DNA of 48,172 bases from Guillardia theta CCMP2712. Its lineage: Eukaryota > Protista > Cryptophyta. A program made the translations under genes and the position numbers. Location of the stretch: NCBI RefSeq assembly GCF_000315625.1, contig NW_005434541.1, forward strand, positions 1 to 48,172. Reading direction: 5' to 3'. Of this stretch, positions 24,950 to 35,510 are shown piece by piece. Numbering within the stretch: the stretch's first letter is position 1; every line of letters begins with the position of its first letter. Below the pieces are notes generated by a model. That model saw nothing but the letters and a program-made list of their open reading frames with translations, did no database searches and was not told the DNA's origin.

Positions 24950-25440
24950 CCCTGCCCCTGCTCCTGCTTCTGCTCCTGCTCCTCCTCGTCCTCGACCTTG
25001 TCCTCGTCCTTCTTCTCTTTGTCTTGCGTACTGCTTCTCTTCTTCCTCTCCTGCTGTGTGAACTTTCGCTGATTCATTCCAGCAGTCTTCTCCTCTCAAC
25101 ATCTACGACACGTCCAATGGAGATCTCCTCAGACGGCTGGACGCTCATCGAGGGATTGTCTACTGCCTTGAATGGTCTACCGTGAAGCTTGCAGGTGGCA
25201 GAGAAGACAGGAGGAGGAGGAGGAGGAGGAGGAGAATGGGAGCGGGAGCAGGAGCGGGAGCAGGAGCAGGAGTGAGAGAGTGGTGAAGGACAGAGAGGCA
25301 GCGAGGGAAACGATGGTAATTGAGAGGACGATGATACTGGAGAAGATTGCGATGGAGAAGAAACGATGATGATGGAGATAATACAGATGATAGAGAAGAA
25401 CAGGGAACGATGGTGGTGGTGGTGGTGGTGGTGGTGGTGG

Positions 25441-25508
<68 letters not shown>

Positions 25509-26461
25509 GTACTTCCCCTGGATTCACCAGCCATGGTTCGGTCCTGACGCTGGGCTGACGTCCCTTAGGAGCTACAACCCATGTGCTTCTCTCTTCCAGT
25601 GCGGACAGGACGGTGAAGGTCTGGAACGTCAGGAGCGGCGAGGTGCTAGCGACTCTCTACCACCCGGACTTCGTCTACTCATCATCCTTCCTCCGCTTCC
25701 CTCCTCGAGCTCCCGCCTCCTCTCCTGCCGCTACTGCTGACGATGCTGCTGCATCGGTGGACTCGACGGAGCTCCCGGCTGCTGTTGGAAGTGACGGAGG
25801 GGAGGACGGGCTGCATGTAGTGACGGCCGGGTACGAGGGGAGGGTGAAGGTATGGAACGTGTGCTACGAGAGCAGGGGGGAGGCTCTGCCGGTAGTAGGA
25901 GAGTTCAGCACGGTGGTCAAGGCAGACCTGCTGTATGCTGAGAAGAGGAACGTCGACAACTGCCTGCTGGTGGTCTTGTTCGACGCCCGGCAAGAGTTTG
26001 AGGAGGATGACTGCTTCGTTGTCTACCTGCCAGGGTTCGAGCTCGCGCCCGACGCTGCTTCCCAGGAGCAGGCGGCTCCTGCGGAGTTCAAGAGCGTGGT
26101 GAACAGAGATGGGTGGGCTATGGACTACGAGAACGAGGAGTGGTGCTGCGAGCAGGGCAGCTTCCCCTTCCCTCTAGCCAAGAGCGACGCGCCCCTGCTC
26201 ATCAGGGCGGAGGCTGCGACCTCGGGCGTGTTCCTGCATGTGAGGATAGCGAGCAAGGTTCCTGCAACCCAGCCCTTCGCCATTCTCGTCCCTGAGGTGA
26301 CTGACGTCTCGTCGTCTCGTTGCGCTGCTGACGTGGTGGGCAGGGCTCGGGCGTGTGTCCTCCCTGGGACGATCAGGAGGACGAGGGGCTGGCCCAGTCT
26401 GTGGACACGTCGCTGCGAGGAAGAGGACAGAACAAGGTAGAGGACGAGGACGAGTACGAGT

Positions 26462-26499
<38 letters not shown>

Positions 26500-28631
26500 T
26501 TCTGGCAGGCAGTATGGAAGGAGATGCAAACTCCCCGTGCTCTGCACGAGCTCCGTCGTCGCTGGACAGCCTTGAAGGCAAGGCGTCCTCGCGGCGCGGT
26601 GAAGCCTCAGCAGTGCCTGCTCGTCTTGCCCAGAGTCGCGCCGAGGCCTTGGAGGGCTGACGTCACGGCCAGCGAGACCGCCCACGTGTGGGAAGAGGAG
26701 AGGGTCCCGGACGACGTGACCATCTCGTTCGTACCCATGGTGGACCTGCACCCCTCCGACCATCTCACTGTCTTCCTCCCTGGGTTCCGCAGCCTCGACA
26801 CTCACTTGGGGACGAGGACGAAGCATGGCGAGCGAGTGGCCGTCACGACTTACCACGGCGTCTCCTCCAGGTCCTCCTTCCACCTCATCCCTTGCGCTCT
26901 GTTCTTCTGCCCCGACCTCTCCCTCTCCCTCCTCCGCATTGCAGTCAGGTCGCACATCAAGGCAGGGGAGGACGTTAGCTTCACCCTCTACGACCTTTTC
27001 CAAGGCTCCCACCGCGACTGTGGCATCGTCGTCCCCACTGGGTCGATCCCCGGCAGGGCCCTTCACTCCAGCCACGAGGTCGGCTTCAGCGTTAGGCTCG
27101 AACTCTCCCCCTCCCTCTCCCTCTCCTTCCGCCTTAACTCCATCCTGAGGAGGCAGGACGAGCTGGCCGTCTGGCTGCCGGAGGACGTCGGGTACGGAGC
27201 AGCGTCCGACCTGCTCGTCCTCAACATGTGCGACGCAGCTGTCATCTCCGAGGACCTCGACGACTATCGCCAGCTCGTCGCTAGCAGCCATGACGTGTGG
27301 GGGAGGGCGACGCTGGACGGGGAGGCGAGGGTGTTACGGATCACAGCTGGGAAGGCCGCTGAGGAGGGATCGCTAATGCTGCTGTCTCTCCCAAGCATCC
27401 AGCCGCTGCCCGGCTCCGACTACCTGCGGTACATCCCCCTGTTCCTCCTAGACCGAGAGCCTGCGAGCATGAACGTCAAGTTGAAGAGCAACCCCTGGGT
27501 GGAGGATGGAGAGCTCGTAGCTACCATCAGCCTCCACAGCTCCCCCGTCAACTCCCTCTGCGTTCCAGCCAGAAGCTTCTCCGACCGCCGTCGGCTCATT
27601 ACGGTGAGAGCATGTATTGCTAGTAGGGTGCTGATGAGTCTCCTCCTCCCCTCTCTCCCTCCCTCTCTCCCTCCCTCCTTCTTTCCTTCCCTCCCTCCCT
27701 CCTCCTTACCATCCTGCTTCACCAGGGAGATTCGGATGGGGTCATTTGCATGTGGGACATTGGAAGGGTGTTGGGCGAGGAGGAGAAGTTCGTCCTGGAC
27801 CTGCGGCCAGTGGACGTCTCAAGGCTCTTCGACCGGCAAGGGTTGAAGACGAAAGAGGAGGAGGAAGAGATCGACGAAGCCAAGGCTTCGTCTCATGGCT
27901 ACTCTATCGCCAGCATCCGATCGGGTAAACCTCCTCCTCCTCCTCCTCCTCCTCCTCCTCCTCCTCTTCTGCCCCATCCGCTATCCTCACTATGACTCAC
28001 AACATCATATTTTCCTCCTCCTTGACCACTACCACCTTGATCTACTGTGAAACCTCCTGTCCTGTCCTGTCCTGTCCTGTCCTGTCCTGTCCTGTCCTGT
28101 CCTGTCCTGTCCTCTTCATGACACGTTGGCTATACAATCAGATCAGCGCGGCAGAAAGCTCGCCGTGCTCACAGCAGACAGCATGGTCAGGGTCTTTGAT
28201 CTCTCGAACTTGCAACTCCTCTGGAGCTTCGGTGGATTTCTCTGCCAGCGACCCAGCGCTTGCATCAAGTGAAGCAGGACAAGCATTGTTCTCCCATCCT
28301 CTGACTCTCCCCTTCCTCCAGGATGGACTTCAGCTCGGACGGCAACTTTCTCAGCTGCGGCAGTGAGGACGGCAGGCTGTTGCTGTGGTGCATGAAGACA
28401 GGAGCAACCCAAGACAGTCCGTTCAAGAAGCTTCTCAGGTTTCTTCTCCTCTTCTCCGCTCTTTACTCCCTCCTCCTTTTCACCATCACCTTGTACAGAT
28501 CCTCCTCCTCCGTATGCTGGAGCCCCTCCTCTCCTCTCCTCGCTCTCTACGCGCCGTGTCGCCCCAGCCCCGTCTTCCTTCTTGAGTTCGACGAGAACCG
28601 TGCGGAGCCAAGCATCAGCTCTCCGCCATGA
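22072..28631 (+). CDS. AHI1: Jouberin/AHI1-like ciliary transition-zone protein (C2-like domain + WD40 repeats) with large insertions
   Basis: Motifs in AHI1 order: VSVVNRATGVFLKK, YILPCLTQP, PAWNEEFLYDE, VVFFFEIIDL, RIAWAF, LDLQLY, YPSTLSVT. WD40 segments follow: LLSSSADRTVKVWN..HPDFVYS, VVTAGYEGRVKVWN, HSSPVNSL and FSSDGNFLSCGSEDGRLLLW. Both ends are approximate (a first exon may start at 21837). No SH3 domain seen. Confidence 0.85.
25411..25508. repeat. Compound (GGT)n(GAT)n microsatellite in an AHI1 intron
   Basis: A GGT run changes directly into a longer GAT run. Confidence 0.95.
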
Positions 28632-28783
28632 GCGATGAGCGGCAAGGAAGCATGCTGCTCGCACTCGAGCCGTCCTGCTTGTCTGAAGACACAACGTCGA
28701 CGTCCCTGCGCGCTTGCTCCTTCCCTGAGGGGAAGGAGTTTGTACAACAAGGCAGATCCACCCAGGAGGTTGGACTCTAGGGT

Positions 28784-29696
28784 TCAGAGGTACTTCCGTG
28801 CGATGTTCCGCACGCGCTGGTCGAAGGCCTGAAGGAGGAGAGGGTAAGAAGGAGGAGGAGGGAGAGTAGGTTTACAGCAGATCTGATGGAGTCGTTGGGG
28901 TGGTGGAAGGGGTTAAGGAGGATCTGTTGAGAACGTCAGGTGAGATCAACGTGGGATGTAGAGATAGATCATTATGGTATGTGAGAGGGTTGGGATGTAG
29001 ATCATGGAAAATATGTTCGACAAGATGTAAATGTGTACAACAGACCACAACGTCACGAGAAGAAACATCACCATCATGAACACATGCACACAGTCGACCG
29101 AGCACGAATGGTGCAGCAGTCCCAATCTCCTTCATGACAGGCTACTAGACCTCTCCACCTCTCCACCTCTCCACCTCTCCTCCTCACCTTGAGGTACAGC
29201 TCGTGGACCTCGGTGAAGAAGCTTTTCACCTGCTCCTCGCCCTTCCCGTCGTGCAGCAGGAGAAACCGCATGTCTGCCAGCATCGACCGTCACCGCCAGT
29301 TCTCCCACATCTCCTCCGCTCACGGCCAGCAGTCACATATGCCGAGATGCTCCTGTCATTGAACTTGTCCACCACCTTGAGGAACCTACACGCCTGACAT
29401 CATCCCCTCTCTTCCTCCTCCCTCCTCTCACATGCTCGGCGTCTTCCACATTTCCTCGTCCACAATGTCCAGAGCCTGTTCCACCAGCGGTCAACAGCCA
29501 CCATGGGAGGGCGCGGCAGCGCACAGCATGGATGAAGAACTGGTTCTGCTGGTTGACAGACGAATCATCCCTCTGCTACAGGTCACAGGGAAACACCTCG
29601 AACAAGGCAGCAGGCAACCTTGCTCGATACCGAGAGCTCGTATACAGGGTTGTCGTTCTTGCCGACGATGACGAAGGTGTATGACGATGTCGCCAT
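28784..29696 (-). CDS. TRAPPC2: TRAPP complex subunit 2 (sedlin/Trs20)
   Basis: Exons: MATSSYTFVIVGKNDNPVYE, NQFFIHA|ALDIVDEEMWKT, FLKVVDKFND.SISAYVTAG, MRFLLLHD..VKSFFTEVHELYLK|ILLNPFHHPNDSIRSA|AFDQRVRNIARKYL*. Confidence 0.95.
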
Positions 29697-29716
29697 GCTC
29701 GTCCTCGTCCCTTGGA

Positions 29717-29761
<45 letters not shown>

Positions 29762-30027
29762 GGCTCCGGCTCCTGCTCCTGCTCCTTCTCCTGTGCTCCC
29801 CCTCGGACGCTTGCCCACTGTAAAACAAAAAAAAAGTGGCTTGCCCGACAGCTTCAGTCCAAATCGAGGGAGAAGAGGAGAGGAGGAGATTCGTTGAAGA
29901 AACAAGCAAGCTCCTCCTCTTGCTCCTCCTCTTGCTCCTCCTCTTTGCTCCTCTTCTTGCTCCTCCTCCTCTTTGCTCCTCTTCTTGCTCCTCCATACAC
30001 ATCCTCTCCTCGTCCTCTCCTCGTCCT

Positions 30028-30062
<35 letters not shown>

Positions 30063-30099
30063 TGCCTGCTCCCTTCCTATATCCCCTCCATCAGTGCAG

Positions 30100-30707
30100 C
30101 ATGTTTTACAGCGTCTGAGGCAGCGAGGCGTCCTGGGAGTGAGCGGCAAGAGCTCTCAGCCTCAAGACACCCACACGCTCGTCGCCTGCTGCGACATGCC
30201 GGGAGACCTTACGGATGATCGGCTCGAGGGAAGCATCTTCCAATGGTGAAATGAACCCTCCCTGCTCCCTGCTCCCTCCTCCCTCCTCCCTCCTCCCTCC
30301 TCCCTCCTCCCTCCTCCCTCCTCCCTCCTCCCTCCTCCCTCCTCCCTCCTCCCTCCTCCTCACTTTCCTTCTCTGTCCCTCTCCTCTGCCCTCCTTCGTC
30401 CCCGTGCTTCTCCTCCTTAACACACAACCACCACCATTGATACCTCCTCCTCCTCACCACCACCACCATCATCCTCATTACCACATTCCTTGGCACCCTC
30501 GTCCTCCTGGTCTGCCTGTACCGCCATTTCCTCCTGCTCCTCCTCATCCTCCATGCCACAGATCAGAGGAGGAGGTCGTGCCAGCGGCGATGACTACAAA
30601 ACTTCCTCGAGCAAAGTACAGCAGGTACTCTCCGACTCATGGAGTTCAAATGAGGGAGAGGGAGGAGGAGGAGGGAGATGCGAGAGTTTGAGGAGGTGAG
30701 GGAGAAG

Positions 30708-30749
<42 letters not shown>

Positions 30750-30875
30750 GAGGAGGATGTGAGAGTGAATCGCTGTGTTAAGCTGAGCGTTTATGGAAGT
30801 GACGGATGAAGAGGAAGAGGGGATGTGAAAGGACGGTAGAGCACAAGGAGGTAGAGCAAGGGAGAAATGTAGAAG

Positions 30876-30943
<68 letters not shown>

Positions 30944-31084
30944 GAAGGAAACGAAGCAGGACAGTGACTGTTCTGCAGACTCTTTCGCTGTTACGTCTCG
31001 CGCTTCGATCATGACTGCCCTTGGGTCTCTAACGTCGTCGGTGCCAAAAATCACCGGTGAGTCGTTGCTCCTCCCTCCCCGCCT

Positions 31085-31145
<61 letters not shown>

Positions 31146-31354
31146 CCTGCTCCTCCTGCCCCTACCCCCCCCTTGCTCTTCTCCTCCCCTTCCTCCTGCT
31201 CCTCCTCCTCTTGCTCATCCCCTCTGACGTCCTCCAGGTGTTTCCTGCTCTTCCTCCTCTTCGTCAACCTCTGCCTTGGCTCTTGGGTGTATGCCTGCTA
31301 CCAGTTCATGATCGTGGAGCTGCAGCTGGCCAGCACTTGCTCCACACCAGGGAC

Positions 31355-31387
<33 letters not shown>

Positions 31388-32495
31388 GACTGGCAACCGA
31401 ACAGATCTTACCGCAAGCTCGATCTCGACATCGGCGCTGCTATCTAACGCCTGCCCCGGCACCTGGGATGAAGTTGTGAGGCGAGGAGCAGGAGTGGCGG
31501 TTCCAGTCGTCATGCTGGCGATCTACAGCGTCTTCTTCGTCTTCACCCTCCTCATGGTCGCCCTTGCCTGCTACCTGTCCTCTCCTCCTCATGCCTCCTA
31601 TATGACCATTCCTCTCTCCCTCCTTCTCTCTTTCTTTCTCAGCATCTTCCCCTTCTTGCCTACCTGCCCTACATGTTCGTTTTCCTCCGTCATCACATGC
31701 TGCTACATCAGATTCTCGTCCAGTCAGAGCAAATTGCACGGAACGTGACTACGAATGAGATTATCAACTCGCACAGGTGTTGTAGTGAGATGTCAATCAT
31801 GGCCATGATGATGGAGATGATTTTGTTGGAGACGATGATGATGGTGATGTTGTTAGATGATGACGATGATGGAGATGATGATGATTCTTACGCCCTGTCC
31901 GTCTGAACTTATGGATCCTCCATTCCAGATACAGGGAGTGGAAGAGAGAGGATGGGAGTTCTTTCAACCCTTACTCCAAGGGCTGCTGCAGCAATTGTGC
32001 AGAGTTTTGTCTGGGATATTACAACTACCTCGATGAGCAAGACTCCTCCAAGCACTCCAAGCGGTCAGCCCAGAACCTTCTACCCTCCTCCTCCTCCCCT
32101 CCTTCCTCTGCTCCCCTTCTCCTCGCTCTCCTCCTGCTCCCCTGCTCCTTCTCCATCTACTCCTCTTCCTTCCCCTCCTCTTTCGTTCCTTCTACCAAAC
32201 TTCGTCTGCTCCCGAGCTCGTTGACTCGAAACTCCAGCAAGTCCGGCATCGAGATGCTTGCCCTTCTCCGCCCTACTGCAGATGACCGACGGCGGTTCGT
32301 CGCGTGGCCGAGGAGGAAGGAGGAGGAGCGCTGCTTCAAGTTTGACCTTATCGTAAGCCTGCCTGTCCGACGAGATCAGCGTGAGTGACTCAAGTCTGTC
32401 GGCAGGAGCAGAACGAGGGCAGCGATCACGAGTCGAATCAACAGGAGGAGGAGGAGGAGGAGGAGGAGGCTGAGAGAGGAGGAAAGCATGCCTGA
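30100..32495 (+). CDS. DHHC-family protein S-acyltransferase, DHDC variant; 5' end uncertain
   Basis: Spliced cysteine-rich-domain region PRAKYSR|[26 protein letters not shown]|CFLLFL, then two TM segments, a TTxE motif (NVTTNE) and [14 protein letters not shown]. Last exon ends GGKHA* at 32495. Confidence 0.88.
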
Positions 32496-32659
32496 GTCTG
32501 CGGCGGCAAGTGTATGATGCCCGTAACTTATCACTTAGTAAGTGAAGACCCTCGGAGTCAGACCAGGCTAAGCCTAATGATAGTCTACCGTCAGGCATTC
32601 GTTAAGTTACCCTGCTATTGCCAGATGAGGTTGCCCAGCTTTGAAGCATGCAGTTACCA

Positions 32660-33005
32660 AGTCAAAGTTGCGTCTGAGCCCGCGGCCGCCGCACAGCCTG
32701 GGCCCGGGCCGGGGCGGGGGCCGACGTCGGGCCGTGACCGTACGGTACGGTCGTACTCCGTACACCGCCGGTCAGTCCGGCGTGACTCTGTGACTCACCG
32801 TACACGCCGGTGACTGGCTGGCACGGTGGCGGCGGCCGCCGCCGCCGCAGTGCCATCAGCCGCCGGGCACGGTGCCGGGCAGTGTGGCCAGCCCGGGCCG
32901 CGGGTAGGCTACCGGGTCCGACTCGGACCCCGGCACACCGTACGGTGAGCGCCGTGTCACGCCCGGCCCGGCCCGGGCGCGGCCCGCCCGTCCGAGTGAG
33001 TCACT
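32660..33005. promoter_or_regulatory. CpG/palindrome-rich intergenic island followed by a short GGGTA-rich tract (to about 33180)
   Basis: CCGTACGG, TGACTC, GGGCCC and CCGG clusters with very high GC. Confidence 0.5.
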
Positions 33006-33199
33006 GGCAGTTTGAAACCGAGAAGTAACGGTTTAACCGTAATGTAACGGAACGTTCGATGAATTCTTTAGGTTGATAGGGGTAGGGGTGATTTTCAAGG
33101 ACTGACTTACTATGAAAAAGGGGGGTACTTTGAGGTATGAAAGGGGGTGGGGTACTAAATGTGGGGGAAGCAGTTGGCTGACTCTTCACAGGCACCGCT

Positions 33200-34472
33200 T
33201 CAATGCTCGCGTCTTTGTTCACCAAGCTCGAAGGTGAGGGATACACATGCGCTGCTGTATGGGAGGAAGACGAGGAGAAAGTGAAGATATAGATGGCAAT
33301 ATCGTGAAGAAAGAGATGAGAATATCATGGACATGAGAAGTAAGAGGAACATTGAGAGAGAAGAGAGAAAGAACCGGAAGATGAGATGAGCAGAACGTGG
33401 ATAGATATATGGACCATGAAAGTAAGAAGACAACAGGAACATCATAAGGACGATGATTCTATGGAAGAAGAGGACAGCAAGAAAGAACAGCGGAATGGAG
33501 GACGTAGATAGGGAGCCACCATAAATGATTGATTCTGTCGCAATGCAGACCTAGGTAACTATGTAGGTTAGAGATAGATTGCTTTCGGAAATTAGATGGA
33601 GAACGATGCTCTTGCTCCCGAGGCCAAGGCAGGAAGAGGAAGTTGGTTGCATGTTGTTCATATTTCTCAGCAGAGTATAAATGAGATGTCAGTCTTGCAA
33701 TAACACAAGATATGATTACTGGGAACGATCGCATAGGATAAGCTTTAAGAAATAATTTTTTCTTAGTCTGATCGGTGCACCGATCTTGATTTACAACAGA
33801 ATGAGGACAAAGTGTACAATAATTTGAGCTGTGCAATGTCAAGTAGAGTCCGGGTTGTTGTTACTTTTTTCTCATCGCTTGCTTCTACTTGTTGGTTGTC
33901 CTTGTGAGAGTGGTGGCAGAAGTGAAGAAGCTCGATCGCAACGCCTGCGTTGCCGAACTCTCCAAGCTCCACGTCCATCTTCCTGTGAAGCTTCCCAACG
34001 ACAACTCGGAAGTCTCCTGCACCGTCACCCTCAACTGAAGATGATCTCGACCTAGGTTGAAACTTGCAATCACTTGCATTTTCCGGTTAACTTGGGTTGC
34101 AGCAAGCTCGTCAAGGGTCGATTCTTCACGTGGAGTTTCTTTGCGCCGACCACACTGATGGCGCATTTGTTTTTGACATGAAGAGACAGACATTCCGATG
34201 TTCTTGTCATAAAACATTTCCCAGCTCTAACTCTTGAAAGTTTGTTGATGTCTACTCCCTTCTTGGCTCCCTGGGCTGAGGTGGAAACTCTGACTATCAA
34301 GGGAGGCTCTGAAAGTCGATGTTGGCATCCCTTCGTCGATTCACCTTACTGCTGCCAAGGTCTGCGACAGAGAGATCAAGGATTCGTTGCTTGACTCTCC
34401 CGGATGTTGAACTTGGCACATGATACCTGATTCTTCAGTATCTCATGCCATACTTACTAGCCGGGCCATCAT
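33200..34472 (-). CDS. Possible multi-exon hypothetical gene
   Basis: Several non-repetitive minus-strand ORF pieces lie between two GC islands, with a candidate ATG near 34472. No domain recognised and exons are not resolved. Confidence 0.25.
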
Positions 34473-34504
34473 GGCATGTCTGAGGCTCTAACTTAGGAGC
34501 TCAG

Positions 34505-34695
34505 TAAGCAACAGATCCGAAGTTGGCGGGACGACGGCCGGGCCGCCCGGCCCCCCGCGGGCCAGTTCGGACTCCGGGCGCATGGCGGGCCATGGCTGAT
34601 GTCACTGCCACCGTGGCCCAGCGTGGCTGCCCGTCGGCCGCCCGGGCGGCGCCGCACACCGTGACTACTGAGGCTGAACGTAAACCCTAACTAAA
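34505..34695. promoter_or_regulatory. Short CpG-rich island ending in an AAACCCTAA (telo-box-like) word
   Basis: GC-rich CGGCCG/GCCCGGGC cluster, with AAACCCTAA at 34682-34690. Confidence 0.4.
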
Positions 34696-35510
34696 CCAGC
34701 GAAAGCCGTTAAAAAAAAAACGGTACGGCTTGTGCCATGTTTATTAGTTTTGGTTTAGACATCAGAAGCGGGACCTCGAAAAATGAGTCGCAACACAGGG
34801 GCGATGTCCAGGTAAGCGAGATCAGAAGGAGTATGATGGTTGAGAATGCAGAGTGTGGAAGGAAGAGATTGAGGACCATGTGCACGAGAACAAACAACAG
34901 ATTATTTCACGACGCATGCGATTCATCTCTGCAAGTAAAGACTAAAGGGTTCATGGTCTTGAATTGTAGGCCGTGAAGTCTCAACAATTCTTCGGATTTC
35001 CTGTGTCAAGCACTTGTGATGGTCGTCACCGTGAGATTTCTTGGATTGTTGGTTGTGGATCATCATTCAGACGCTTTTCTGCTCGAGTCTATGCCCTTCC
35101 GAACAGATCGTTGTCGCCTAGTTCTGCACCCCATTTCTCAAGGTTTCGTACCTCCTTGACACATACCTCTTCGTTGCAACCAGCCTTGAGAGAATTGATT
35201 GATTCGAATCAAGCGCAGTGTGCCTGCTTGAATGCAAGTTCATCGGATATCCTATGGTGATGGAAAATACTCTTAAGAAACTCACAAATAGCATGAAACT
35301 ACAATCCTGTTCCAAGGTCCGTAATAAGGATGACAAGCGAAACTTGAGTGCAAAATTTCTCAAAATATGAAGAGAGATTGCAGAATTTTTTCACTTGAAA
35401 CATTTTGATCTCTCTTCATCATGACCCTACATTTAGGGTTTAAGCACATCCCATGCTTGCGTTTCTGATGATTTCCTTTGTTCGAAAAAATGACCTCATT
35501 GTTTGTGCAG

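Noticed and set aside
34682-34690. AAACCCTAA as an interstitial telomere
   Set aside because: A single copy only. It could be a promoter telo-box or chance.
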